Shown one piece after another: positions 30,001-33,075 of a stretch of 64,000 bases of DNA (position 1 is the first letter of the stretch; each line of letters starts with the position of its first letter). The notes under the pieces were generated by a model, which saw nothing but the letters and a program-made list of their open reading frames with translations, did no database searches and had not been told where the DNA came from. The stretch is from Halarcobacter sp. (lineage in GTDB: Bacteria > Campylobacterota > Campylobacteria > Campylobacterales > Arcobacteraceae): NCBI GenBank assembly GCA_048571215.1, contig CP182352.1, positions 3,200,001 through 3,264,000 on the forward strand. Direction: 5' to 3'. Position numbers and translations under genes: made by a program.

Positions 30001-33000
30001 TCCAATAGTCATTGAAGCTACTTCAACATCATTTAACATTGAGTATGTTGAACCTGTTGCTGCTGCATCAAATAATGGATTTACTAAAGGACTTAATGTA
30101 CTTTCTAAGTTTGCTGGTAAGCCTGTTGCTACATCTACTAAATATGTAGGACCTTTCTCAAATGCAAAGCCACCTTGTAGATATACAAATTCACTAACTT
30201 GAAGTTTAGCTTGACCTATATCTACTCCAATTCTTTGGTTCCCATCAAAGTTTATATCCATTGAAGTTCCACCACCAGTTGGTATACTAAATATACCATC
30301 ACCAGCACCAGCACTTGTCTCAAAGCTAGATGACCAATCAATAACAGCTGGTCCATATCCACCTAGCCATTCTGGTCCATCATTTACATTTATTGTAATA
30401 TCATAAGCTTCAAGTACTAAGTTATCTCCAAAACCTACTAGTCCACCCATTGCTGCTGTTGCTTTTACTGCTGTAAATCTATCTAATACTGGATTGATTA
30501 TTGGTGATGTTGTATCCATAATCGCCATACCAAAATCTAAATCATCAATTGTTACACCCATAGCATCATTATTTATTACATAGTCATTATAATTATTGCC
30601 ATCTGTATATATTGAAGATAAAGTTCCATCAGTATTATAGATTAAACCTTTATATTTACCATTTGAATCTTTAGCCCAAGTTGTTAAATCTATTTCAGAA
30701 CCTAAATCTTCATCAGCTTTATATGGTCCATTTAATCCTACGAATGCTTGTATATTAGATGCTCCAATAGTCATTGAAGCTACTTCAACATCATTTAACA
30801 TTGAGTATGTTGAACCTGTTGCTGCTGCATCAAATAATGGATTTACTAAAGGACTTAATGTACTTTCTAAGTTTGCTGGTAAGCCTGTTGCTACATCTAC
30901 TAAATATGTAGGACCTTTCTCAAATGCAAAGCCACCTTGTAGATATACAAATTCACTAACTTGAAGTTTAGCTTGACCTATATCTACTCCAATTCTTTGG
31001 TTCCCATCAAAGTTTATATTTAAAATTTCAGAACCAGCTTTTACTTCATATCCATTAGTACCAAAAGAAGATTGAAAATCAACTGCAGGATCCCATAATT
31101 TATAAAGAAAAGTACTTAGAAAATCTAAATCTGGCACTGAGATATCTGGGATTGATAAGTTTGGAAGAGTAATATCAGGAATAGCAATATCTATATCAAA
31201 TTCTGGAATTGAAATATTAGGCATACTAATTGTTGGCATAGATATGGTTGGTAAACTAATTGATGGCAAACTTAAACTTGGTAAACCAATATCAGGAAAT
31301 TCAATATCAGGAAATTCAATATCAGGAAATTCAAAATCTGGAAGTTGAATAGTTGGAATAGAAATATCAGGTATAGTAATAGTTGGTATTTTTATTGCTG
31401 GAAAATCAATAGTTGGAAGTGTTATTTTGAATCCTAATTCAGGAATATCAATTTCTGGTAAAGTGATACTTGGGATTTGAATATCTGGCAAAGTGATACT
31501 TCCTAATGATAAATCAAAATCTGGTATAACAATATCAGGAATGGAGATGCTAGGAATAGTAATATCTGGTATATTGATATTAAACCCTAAGCCAGGAATT
31601 TTAATATCAGGAATAGTGATACTGGGAATTGTAATATCAGGAATACTTATCACTAAATCAGGGAAATCTACAGTTGGTACTTTAATTTCCGGAAAACTTA
31701 TCTTTGGAATACTAATTGAAGGGATACTAATTGAAGGGATACTAAAGTTTTGTAAGCCTGCTATTACACTATTTTTAAAACTACTATTTATATTTATATC
31801 TATATCTTTAGCTTCAGTTTGAATACCCTCTTCAAAACCAATTAATTTACCACTATCTGCATGACCATTTAATGCATAAAAATTCATATTGTTTAAACCA
31901 GCATCAATATTTACATTAGAGCTAGAATCTGGGACATCATATGTGCTCATAAAGGTAAATGCCAAATCTAAGTTATCAATTAATAAACCTACGGCATCTT
32001 GGTCTAAATTAGCTTTATAGTCACCACCAACTCCCATAAAAATATTAGCATTAGATACTCCAATATCAAATACAGATACAATTACATCATTAACCATAGG
32101 TTCAATCCCATCGAATAAATCTGCAACATTTTTTGAAAGCCCTGTATTAATATCTACTTCTGCATACTTCCCATATGATAATGTTAAGGAACCATCAATA
32201 TAAGCAAAATCTGCAATAGAGAATCCCCCATCAATATTGATAGTTTTTTCACTTATATTAAAATAGTCTTGGTTATAATAAAGACCTAAACTATTTTTTG
32301 TATCCCAATCATCAATGTCAAAAACAATATCCCCAACTTCTTTTGCAACTAGGGAGATTTTATTTTGGTATTGAATAACATCAAAATATAAACTTCCATC
32401 TCCAAAGCCATATAGTCCTTCTGCATTATCAAATTTACCAGAAATAGAATCGTAAGTCATAATGTCAAAAGTATCACCTGCTTTAACTTCATAATCTCCT
32501 AGTATTGAAACTGATAATGTACCATCTAAAGAAACAGCTCCAGAAGCATTTATTTGGTCAAAACCATTAAAAGTTCCAGCATTTCCAGTTCCAGCAATTT
32601 CTATTTCTAGAACTGCGTCATTTGTTTGAGTATAAGAATTTACATTTTGTACACCAGGAGAGTATCCAGGAGATACTTCACCTTGGTTTATTAAATCAAC
32701 AACTAAAGAACCACTACCACCTAATGTTGTACCATCATCAACAATAAGTGAACTAAGAGATAATAAAGAAGAATCAAGGTTTGAGAAATCAACAAGGTTA
32801 TTGTCATCTGCAAATGATTTTGTACTATATTCTATCTTTTGGGAATCTGTATTTGAATCAACTTGAACTATATTATTCTGGTCTTCATTTAAATATTCAA
32901 TCATACTTGCAGATATTGGATCTGCTGATAGAAGAATCCTATCTTCTAGCGAATTGATTGTAAATTTGTTTTGTCCAGATGCTAATAATCTCTTTTGCTT

Positions 33001-33075
33001 TTTTTTCTCTAGTTTTCTATGCGCAATTTCTCTTGCTCTTCTAAATATTCTTAATTCTTTTATACTTGTTGACAT
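1..33075 (-). CDS. Giant (>11,000 aa, 3' end outside the window) LEPR-XLL-motif repetitive surface or secreted protein, adhesin-like
   Basis: ATG at 33075 preceded by AAAGGG. N-terminus MSTSIKELRIFRRAREIAHRKLEKKKQKRLLASGQNKFTINSLEDRILLSAD contains the LEPR-XLL-like motif LEDRILLSAD. Spot translations near 31.7k, 23.4k, 14.3k and base 1 are all in the same frame. The long + strand shadow ORFs checked all start at positions 2 mod 3. The track reports no stop-terminated long minus ORF here, as expected for one ORF leaving the window. Confidence 0.9.
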   Translation of the reverse strand, partial: MSTSIKELRIFRRAREIAHRKLEKKKQKRLLASGQNKFTINSLEDRILLSADPISASMIEYLNEDQNNIVQVDSNTDSQKIEYSTKSFADDNNLVDFSNLDSSLLSLSSLIVDDGTTLGGSGSLVVDLINQGEVSPGYSPGVQNVNSYTQTNDAVLEIEIAGTGNAGTFNGFDQINASGAVSLDGTLSVSILGDYEVKAGDTFDIMTYDSISGKFDNAEGLYGFGDGSLYFDVIQYQNKISLVAKEVGDIVFDIDDWDTKNSLGLYYNQDYFNISEKTINIDGGFSIADFAYIDGSLTLSYGKYAEVDINTGLSKNVADLFDGIEPMVNDVIVSVFDIGVSNANIFMGVGGDYKANLDQDAVGLLIDNLDLAFTFMSTYDVPDSSSNVNIDAGLNNMNFYALNGHADSGKLIGFEEGIQTEAKDIDININSSFKNSVIAGLQNFSIPSISIPSISIPKISFPEIKVPTVDFPDLVISIPDITIPSITIPDIKIPGLGFNINIPDITIPSISIPDIVIPDFDLSLGSITLPDIQIPSITLPEIDIPELGFKITLPTIDFPAIKIPTITIPDISIPTIQLPDFEFPDIEFPDIEFPDIGLPSLSLPSISLPTISMPTISMPNISIPEFDIDIAIPDITLPNLSIPDISVPDLDFLSTFLYKLWDPAVDFQSSFGTNGYEVKAGSEILNINFDGNQRIGVDIGQAKLQVSEFVYLQGGFAFEKGPTYLVDVATGLPANLESTLSPLVNPLFDAAATGSTYSMLNDVEVASMTIGASNIQAFVGLNGPYKADEDLGSEIDLTTWAKDSNGKYKGLIYNTDGTLSSIYTDGNNYNDYVINNDAMGVTIDDLDFGMAIMDTTSPIINPVLDRFTAVKATAAMGGLVGFGDNLVLEAYDITINVNDGPEWLGGYGPAVIDWSSSFETSAGAGDGIFSIPTGGGTSMDINFDGNQRIGVDIGQAKLQVSEFVYLQGGFAFEKGPTYLVDVATGLPANLESTLSPLVNPLFDAAATGSTYSMLNDVEVASMTIGASNIQAFVGLNGPYKADEDLGSEIDLTTWAKDSNGKYKGLIYNTDGTLSSIYTDGNNYNDYVINNDAMGVTIDDLDFGMAIMDTTSPIINPVLDRFTAVKATAAMGGLVGFGDNLVLEAYDITINVNDGPEWLGGYGPAVIDWSSSFETSAGAGDGIFSIPTGGGTSMDINFDGNQRIGVDIGQAKLQVSEFVYLQGGFAFEKGPTYLVDVATGLPANLESTLSPLVNPLFDAAATGSTYSMLNDVEVASMTIGASNIQAFVGLNGPYKADEDLGSEIDLTTWAKDSNGKYKGLIYNTDGTLSSIYTDGNNYNDYVINNDAMGVTIDDLDFGMAIMDTTSPIINPVLDRFTAVKATAAMGGLVGFGDNLVLEAYDITINVNDGPEWLGGYGPAVIDWSSSFETSAGAGDGIFSIPTGGGTSMDINFDGNQRIGVDIGQAKLQVSEFVYLQGGFAFEKGPTYLVDVATGLPANLESTLSPLVNPLFDAAATGSTYSMLNDVEVASMTIGASNIQAFVGLNGPYKADEDLGSEIDLTTWAKDSNGKYKGLIYNTDGTLSSIYTDGNNYNDYVINNDAMGVTIDDLDFGMAIMDTTSPIINPVLDRFTAVKATAAMGGLVGFGDNLVLEAYDITINVNDGPEWLGGYGPAVIDWSSSFETSAGAGDGIFSIPTGGGTSMDINFDGNQRIGVDIGQAKLQVSEFVYLQGGFAFEKGPTYLVDVATGLPANLESTLSPLVNPLFDAAATGSTYSMLNDVEVASMTIGASNIQAFVGLNGPYKADEDLGSEIDLTTWAKDSNGKYKGLIYNTDGTLSSIYTDGNNYNDYVINNDAMGVTIDDLDFGMAIMDTTSPIINPVLDRFTAVKATAAMGGLVGFGDNLVLEAYDITINVNDGPEWLGGYGPAVIDWSSSFETSAGAGDGIFSIPTGGGTSMDINFDGNQRIGVDIGQAKLQVSEFLYIQGGMSFEKGPTYLVDIATGLPASQKDYFEPIIDPLFDAATTGSTYSLLKGVEVASMTIGASNVQAFVGINGPYKADEDLSTDTDGDGNPYNDYVINNDAVGLTIDNLDFAMAIMTTTSPIINPILDEFIAVRATADKAAFMGLENVLTIDVRDIDIQINTGPSWPLDMGPAVIDWENSFASTGGFVIPTGGDTSMTIDYDGNEKISAEIGNAVIQVSEFLYLSGSLSFEKGTVTNVFVDSGDFETLYPSGEKEVSIMTLGGANLVGFAGIGGPYKKDIYLDYDSDGDGNPYNDYEIINPNATGILIDNVNFATAIMTPTDIIQSRLIQFVTAKASVDQAALIGMEDYVEASLEGVEININTSLIKGLPPQATLLAAMPYIDYTQSFAETNGLQVSTGYQLAPGQESKEGLDFITIDFDTEIIQASVEYAKLDILGSLQVFGSLAFTKRSETVRLTDQREVQVISLSLGVVNAYGFIGVGDYYQDTNNDGRITEADTTNSSAIGLAITDLDLGATLMREVGTLTNVYFAVATSIDRVGLVGTSDVVEVEIEQLEFNANISSIGIGVVTVDFSKSTWIDENGTTQTGYAIETGDKANPIVLKYEEFVIDISGELSLQTMGVFSLQAVFQLSVDTEGLTLFIDGDGIIGNDSTISITAAVSALIYIDKDGLALTARLNAGIDLGPVMTLNIEQLDLTINTTGKDITYVVPEKFLDKVDYETLTILAKPEAYQDDDMSFYVMLEAKGTLNLLSALDLKGDIDFLFTDTRIVLSVGAILDLPVIEPIGVTGTLGITEGGFYGSLMLGNPFNGGSPLIDATAFTLSGGFLLQVNTTSSKQSVKALEIDANGQLTGKFVDEDIAASTLFIAGTANIKIAGAISLYGEISLKVNEEGFEADAALKLDLAEFGELNVDGAISILNTADEGAVFAMSLETDISFGLASIIGIDANAKVQINTSKNNVYAGVEKGTLFNLELDGKLNILALKANFEGSISIVDNVFELRIDDASVDFFGILNVGISGYLRSDGYFLIEGEAGFNIDLGVIKITSGVEMTFGNTIEKGPIVGLVLYGSVDVHINLGLFEINETLAGFRGEIELTAASAYLQASVTVAGISFSGDITWSWGDLPIIATQVGDALYLNMGDRWLERETPANRAIGNLYEDVIHETYNISEDKNGNILLKSMGVEKTYSGVKTIYGSGGEGNDVIIVDPSVTKTLIFDGGDGKDTFIIAGGASNSIIRGGSGNDLLVGGGTSNIKYYGEDGNDKFIGGDVSEIIDMGGGINTVNSAGGDDIINITENGTVTIDGGSGYDKVFIDILSDKDLIVGNRLFNYGGITINTTDSLEMIQVRDTSTSTTIKNNSQGDTWGNTGLTVLSNGTINVSDLEFIAPTARLSLVSNGIIGDIVTDVKEINIVNTSNTNGNITIIEKNDLVVVDDNKANGGIYTVNGNIDITLNAYESQLTLSSGAISTSTSGGDISIIADDIELESGNDKVIGTGNLTIKAKSSSQNYNLGSAAQTTYGIDKSDSLANGFMHLSMQDFSAFKNGFSHITIGDETTSTTTYLGDLEDSIIGNFSFNAKLTDYLSIFAGRINVVGDVKSTDKIEIVARYMEVRKTNTHAPLGTPDSGIYAKDIDIKLDEQLILTGWLRADDSINVNIHSTTGANPIVGYGTEANSFTADQGSVFATYNSGATITLNTAASIYSATTIKAFGSNSTITMSSNTGLTVLEGAVIAAREANSSINLSADDYLHINSGGSITAGAKWNQDTKEFEKTGADSSITLETTGEMKLAGAITSSGAMNLIGGGSDSDHADYFDTIPGENLTYVDYTKALEDSINSGTLPQEIIDALNTNNIKLGSNPSITSISNYTPFSSLSDEQKDQVALALGYTIYNPSDKSYYFNEDFTGTKQLITTLINGDGPNIESGYTYYDGLVFIDLDNNTLATSFKQGVSADYDNDLINWGSVGAPSADASFEQLTTAQKIVVAQSLGYSTDDEGVSFYNYNADAGKKYLKTFTEGILTDYKNEDIYWGDITAPNDSATFSSLTKEQKIVVAQSLGYAVYEDVYVNLNLEDGKQIVKSTTAGGDFQVRNINWGGVKAPEDGTTFESLTLAQQEVVLTSLEYSRYNDTIYYNTNAADGKKLLTTLVEGDDYSNSSIDWKDVNKPADDAKFKDLNALQKEIVLNEKGYRLFTGVVYTNGEDFKLTFVEGDGGDYTNDSITWSKVEVPDDDVLFEDLNASQKYYVLNQTGYSEYSNKFYYKADAAENKKLLSSFEEGIDYSNSNMDWGTTSFSSTNRWIVSDGENSYILYAEDITGDGVAEKIRVQEKHELVGQRGYGFLLTGTLTSLQDNTDMVISGAEDTIVRGNINLYGENSSLVVQSDKWVYWEGEAEVTGDISILGGVDLNTFDITNTVKETSVFIHATSKLNNTSSGNNITVIGGKDVEIHGQVASGVNLDIGNINFAGNDSTVYIGAGEQVLINTAILASKSITIETLNAPSSDDLNKSLIITSAGGLTVGGETSDNSGGSINISTVGDIEAIGMILSGGTVKQTFDSQGNLISEDITWSDEYSTVTIESLGKVSIAGDTETQSGDIVEVGGIIQANNEITIIGGVSNDHIGIYLPGGAKLATHDADGVITLKAYDDALIYGLIAAGASIDTYYDPTGTTLGYMINNYGGNSKVIIESKSQVEIGRDIVAGALVDIRGGNGTQRDIDETLGEDGHFFNLKDQGLVIGAGLDIKTLQENSTITLSSSGDLAILAPVWNDELLASTFLEYANGQLTQDVTLSLEIDLGTHIVKGDVLISANDTLDNNSISDLKADIQNAINSTAFTVTQSLSGTPALNSTQTIENKVTVRVVDGRLMLTSDYSFDIKSNSINLDKLGFATGVDLSSVSSIAVDASQKGSVVNLGKNGLENGSIYLSNWIKAHSGLNFYSGEKPTDGGNQDFYFGAFGTIETLSGSIYLNPGDNGVLLGDLIARGAGADIILESKNTLEIKGSITAQDDIFITAGQVLNEGETSIETFGTSSITTLDVGGNIRIQGYNDVVINSTIGKDKDGIVNTNLENLTILAYKGDLSIEKQSGYIETGAQIILSGRNIDVHGVILSSRNTSSLYDEELSFIADKGVNLQGVVELDGSMKIQTTEDIVLNNLKLIIDNPNQHLKLYSDGDIYLGDTTPQDGVESAGAVILDANGYVDVRAEGDIFVGFDAQILSKNEIKITANNLVAIGTIRAGASFDTDANKSKWLASLGKISITTQGSTILGGNGLDENNNLITWGANIESTGSISITTGEDVNRVGLSVSSESIIAVDVTTNGQFADTADGVINIISDGDIQIYGNIKSTDDGADLNITSYSLLLIDGVVHADDKIVLKGGTSTTGAGIIINSFITDDNDDYISGGSVKTSDSGSIELYSQNSILIKGNLGEVVEVNNENVALTDSIYIEVLASDVTIMGNVEAKNNIEVISKNINIIDGHIFARSANSSITLRASETFYTAALPEEGYVRADNLVHIIASTARIYGIVETTGNNSRLLINVGKDLIITGTVKSKNDIDLNAGIDTDNTNAVLEGVISSVSLTNGNILISKQGVITAIDGDITAQAGNDITVNADSSVSGDVKVEIPVVTTYTKEYTVVSGSIPHAEQIQVPKITWVSTRLTEQVGEEKVVVGNYYITMDVSLEMVGYYNPNATDGNKFREILIEGIDYLNDNIDWANAGNEATPNRTAESVTSDYKSSDYKTFTGLNDAQKQAVLNATGYKAVYQFSYTNALKNQVRNGTISDPQVYVPEWKDAGQKVYNIQIDGWKDKYILMPEGAQEDILRVVSQGEAKYLTGDSTDIGNTGTWKSASEAGVKFVNVNGNEKASFVKGTDYTNNAAISWETYGAEIPIVYKKGATTLSDLSKNIFVDVSIEDLISEITVSGSQYNGQTINWSAYGATAPSSNTDFEDLSYTQQYAVLFELDYYKENLVLGTDYNNADIPWGLLNATAPSETTEYANLSTVQKQAVMQSLGYYLEKIDFDNLTYAAKVKEATKLGYTASIDETKEWADLTFSQKMAVAGTLGYSLDTSGVGEYVGSYVDYSEVIYTQDKSRFDGTTTTYNTTDKNNSSEWSGRNSEVDYDSSAARWKVEYDTSAKANTNAIDTVKNTYTDGTGYRVYDLDGEVIAGNADTRVLSANRDPNWTWESTEMTNSSDPYANDPYNTVRYTDNIYALSTYDSVLDNDTSSLTQIDSSTRTNVKVGSFKYWGDWNDRGQVRYYSWAGSTSYSSFDWENGTRGWHENWADSFTGDGSNGHQIQTRGWYNSSGIDSMHWYARTRDEYTTIVTETQYDYEYKWTSNTHNIYDNRIKLEYQLVTQSHNIYDDRPIFETKTIEKENISYSNETVWTYETVYDTQTETYTETNYEEIDILGGEFAGETISGSNINFVSNGTTNLTGIISATDDINIVSKDTLTITGVNANGATVETVSKINATNISIDSKNTIDISDSVAFTITESANINSKYDISLGSETAFNQTVKVVEDDTVGGYTYGTLEISAKDITVKSGTNIAISANLTAQDSITLNAGDSTVGSINDGSIVGDYETNLKVENTNSDITLTTGSIGGDVILTGSNLEAKDTISMNIESGKLFHSLGLVTSDTLDVIAESQISANTSVNSVDLTLTDKGDISIKNDKNLTITKAQAQDGEIKIDVFGDAIVKDVKTLGTSDKNDFKLNTYEIGSATANVTIENITLGLRGDAIFDIQGNISQTTGVINSDEIVIDVFTNVTLLTKASKISLESNAIGDVNITQSGAKSLTLEDVIVYNGDFTLVSDGAIDIKNLISKTDTNSPNNGTTWVDNVISINNTTSATQKDISIQNIKFGSYEIINGEYFTDTYDEINEVTVSTKLTSINSTGDLIIKSAGAIYESFSDTDADIVADKITLEAKTDITGLELIANELTKITTESGNIELYESDRDIEVTKGLVILEVSSALNTTSNINIIAQNSIFVKENSSLTADNIRLESLEKNIIVSKPTSGDSLHYTTGIGFAADGVVDLYRFFNASGSIEYRAGDKFQFGTDTPGETTALLPADITSDSIILETGSSLSITGTLTAKNYVELVSAQNINITGDIVSSTGGYIGQVKIIAEGTKTVEKINNAGAQFNTGYIIINTTGIDSTNFEIRAKEDISINLESNFYLSGFIGGLDGFDSAQNISISLDDGDTNTSEKLTVTGGIIASNNTLKMNASEISSDDSSIFIGKDLIVTTKGGMLLNTLVDTITAQSTTTGNIIINEADDVKLLDIYAYDGKIDITAGGKLDAYKVITAKDTADNLVITSSPENNTDLINAKTALDAAISSLASAQAAYDKAVADDAALTTAQTNLDNISSSTEAANKNTTQTALTNASAAVATAQATVDTKLAEYNTAKDAYNSAVAAYDLAYAFNLIVPNVTNAQTNISDFKDAIASGNASSILNKSTNATATTNGLVTEASSIDLASKMDNDARLLVDYTTTKTDLQALANSLKAIVDGSSTLVSNAQVVVDITSVKTVTTQLLTVADEVKTAITNLQSGTVTTTLKDAMTTAFNNAKAIQTSVANLVSSLADGTDAKTKAQSAKTYADSLVSQATAAKAKSDATQNTTAQMVTDIGTLRGSISTLSNDTNSALTTANTNLSSAITNYNNNYDLANVLTTISTNYDLNTKNTNKATTLAESDTKKTAYTDANAILSEKKNLKITAQINYDNAATAYITLQNQLTSIKDAAQTKADLTDASALNDTLTTAQSTKDNAQSSYDTLLSASQAAQNNANSLMDEEGYKSSFTGNNIFLSSVGDMRVDYVESGSLAGSLKENTVVVLDFAGSLTELDDDQNEVDVFAKQVYIKGSGATIKMMNTADDVGEGLNDIEVANTSTTNAVVSDTTVTNSFVNSYDGDKVLIIPYIVTTDSSIEATGSLTVAKFKSSGNGENITFTAGTDLAIVSELNVGNGTDGGTINLNAANGGISLGGTVTADTLNVTAKDSFSVKSEINNLELDVTGAGDVNVEQNGDLTVTSLAMNGGDIDFDVIGDVVFDSITGIVGNINITATGSVTIKGLSDAKDVVITSGSNVTLTLDADTLKIISNGEVIVNETNDVTINTLTRNDTTANVTLNANGNMVLNDKIIATGTSTVNISAGKDNTGTLTLNSPISSENADISLSAGSGIIMNEQADINSASAISIDAGTGKLTMSVETVIQTSDIITITSQDHITIGKLISTYTGNLSAVNITSTSGAILDAGEGAADITATTNLVTLKSATGIGTGVFGSIETKVDTIDITNSTSKDISFTELDGLKINSIVQGGSGNIDFETINGEIIVQGTGITSQDGSLSIYAGGTNSFFTLNSDINTSGGSVEVITEQGNLILKEGIKVDGIGGVTLIASSGSILNDIENLLWLKDGSGKYDFDDSLVWAFKNFKFQTDVNTGEIKVVNAQSYDELTNDTILRKAGGSYIQTQGLLTLEAKNSIGGRPSSDAVDPTSETADQKEAREALEKIALSIVIDASELTMYSANKDNVFITTMDGVEVIGSDKAGSKGGATNVTSLGGTQEITNALDASGEDIDITSEDITITSEIRSVGANLNIKASDPTSNKKVFIGTTIDDTTGSMYLDSTELGFIQEGFNSVILGDETSRNIIIFGDQDDSSNVDINLKNSLVVNNPNLGGEMYIYDNLIGGEGTSLSIYGSGHTLNFGSGGSDTAISLADDVLISDSIVVTSNDSITAGTDGTGNITLGASTTHRLDGNAGTTDTLNLNANGGSIVVNSTVGYTDQLEGLSILDTSDNSEGAENVTFKGEVNVDGDIYIYATGTVTFNQQLTLSGNLTIIGADLVVFEDGVSAGGDILIEGNEINFKGGEESITSTGAGTLTLRPTNTSYDMSISSPPLETTANTLNITATEMGTLTDGFSKIIFGHKDIDNHTKSTAVGEVRVGVIASNQLTFKDNVEIYGGSIKIEDYSNEYNKLIASGDITLDAINNITISNYIEAQSSDITLYSQSGKISQINDSTDGLTSEELVSNTLTVSSQTGIDLMFTKVTTLDAQNLGTGNIKINELASGGDIVVNRLSQSATGGTTSLTTQNGNITIASGQNGVSNAGSGSLTIQAKDTGIDTVVNVNETITSAGENVNLKADGNININANITHTYAAGAINITSYNDSIVMADATSASSTNGIINYTANDNIKLSLVSTAANVNLSATSGNISDNLSAETANVIADVLTINSNTGVGTSVDDINTTVSNIDITNATSGDIYVKETDTLTIDAITQTLAGNISVVATLGDITQDGDINSTSGTITLSSIAGSIIMNNDTLTKSSNSADITLNAANNIKLSLVSTTANVNLSATNGYISDNLSAETANVIADVLTINSNTGVGTSVDDINTTVSNIDITNATSGDIYVKETDTLTIDAITQSSNLGVVNIVSSLGDITQDGAISSVAGNIDVVSSAGSIIMNSGKNTTSTSGVVTYTANTNVALSVIDTSSNVNITATNGNISDNLDTEDANIKGTTTVVSLVAATGIGASGDADIDTTIASLTASNTTSGDIFIQESDDLSITSLSALGTTGNAVVSTINGAITAGTITANNNILLTTEDVANDEAFDITLNGIVTSNNGNISIVSDNDVLVNANIIASTATKTIQVIALNDITMADGTQIATTNSGNILLDAGNDVNIESINAGTGSVSITALGNLVDTDAIDTTNSDVDIQASSLLLDITGFIGTATNHIETTVTTLSAKGAGLFVSESDGLSIDSVSVDVNGVNSDGSITATANSAQENLVSTDKLILVSASGDIDVTSNATVSSNGDTLLKADNITLSSALSSTSGALSIITGGTFAQNANITTVGTVDVQANAISMASTSKTDATAANVRYASTTTLSLGQIVTTSDVSLLASSISDANANTNNITADELKLTVSGSTATTLDYIETDISTLSSNGGSLFITQAGNLTINETSAISVTTINTDASTTNTEDALQSNISSSGEVAITSTTGSITITDGKNIIAQDDITLNAANNIKLSLVSTTANVNLSATNGYISDNLSAETANVIADVLTINSNTGVGTSVDDINTTVSNIDITNATSGDIYVKETDTLTIDAITQSSNLGVVNIVSSLGDITQDGAISSVAGNIDVVSSAGSIIMNSGKNTTSTSGVVTYTANTNVALSVIDTSSNVNITATNGNISDNLDTEDANIKGTTTVVSLVAATGIGASGDADIDTTIASLTASNTTSGDIFIQESDDLSITSLSALGTTGNAVVSTINGAITAGTITANNNILLTTEDVANDEAFDITLNGIVTSNNGNISIVSDNDVLVNANIIASTATKTIQVIALNDITMADGTQIATTNSGNILLDAGNDVNIESINAGTGSVSITALGNLVDTDAIDTTNSDVDIQASSLLLDITGFIGTATNHIETTVTTLSAKGAGLFVSESDGLSIDSVSVDVNGVNSDGSITATANSAQENLVSTDKLILVSASGDIDVTSNATVSSNGDTLLKADNITLSSALSSTSGALSIITGGTFAQNANITTVGTVDVQANAISMASTSKTDATAANVRYASTTTLSLGQIVTTSDVSLLATTITNNLISTAPFNNVKADELKITASTLGTNASNLKTDLATLSANVSGDVFVKEANAVNIGQTSAITVTTIGTDASTSNTIDALQTKLSSLGNLVLQASGVITTLDITGNIEASGNILVKSATNITSNAQILSTGGNITLDASANININDNVTTQTANKTIDIFSTAGNVIMSDASQVSTSDSNIRVKAKDFSISSLNAGTANVSLFLTGVFSDSGDTNTDITANKLRVYLSGAGVVGANTQNIETSINVLSAVVNKNGLYLDNSKDILIDNVEAISVNKVGTNGLTTARTDDAQDSINSTGTVSLIANGSILDRADNSVSIISDKLILDATNGIGTQANNLNTTVSNIDITNATSGDIYVKETDTLTIDAITQSSNLGVVNIVSTLGDITQDGAISSVAGNIDVVSSAGSIIMNSGKNTTSTNGVVTYTANTNVALSVIDTSSNVNITATNGNISDNLSAETANVIADVLTINSNTGVGTSVDDINTTVSNIDIT
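1488..5244. repeat. Direct repeat with 2046-bp period (682 aa), about 1.7 kb near-identical in two copies (1488-3198, 3534-5244)
   Basis: Identical shadow ORFs are offset by 2046 (2270 vs 4316, 2801 vs 4847). Sub-blocks recur at about 1-460 and 5398-5585. Confidence 0.93.
23260..23560 (-). other. RTX/hemolysin-type Ca-binding nonapeptide cluster in the giant protein
   Basis: GGEGNDVIV, GGDGKDTFI, GGSGNDLLV, GEDGNDKFI. Confidence 0.8.
27143..31019. repeat. Tandem array of about 5.1 near-identical 762-bp (254 aa) units within the giant gene
   Basis: Marker aaattcactaacttgaag at 27901, 28663, 29425, 30187 and 30949, spaced exactly 762 bp. Diverged copies flank the array at about 25550-27140 and 31020-32260. 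Confidence 0.95.
31110..31750 (-). repeat. Pro-rich pentapeptide repeat segment (IPxIx-like), about 215 aa
   Basis: Translation FSIPSISIPSISIPKISFPEIK...FPDIEFPDIEFPDIGLPSLSLPSISLPTISMPTISMPNISIPEF. Confidence 0.9.
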
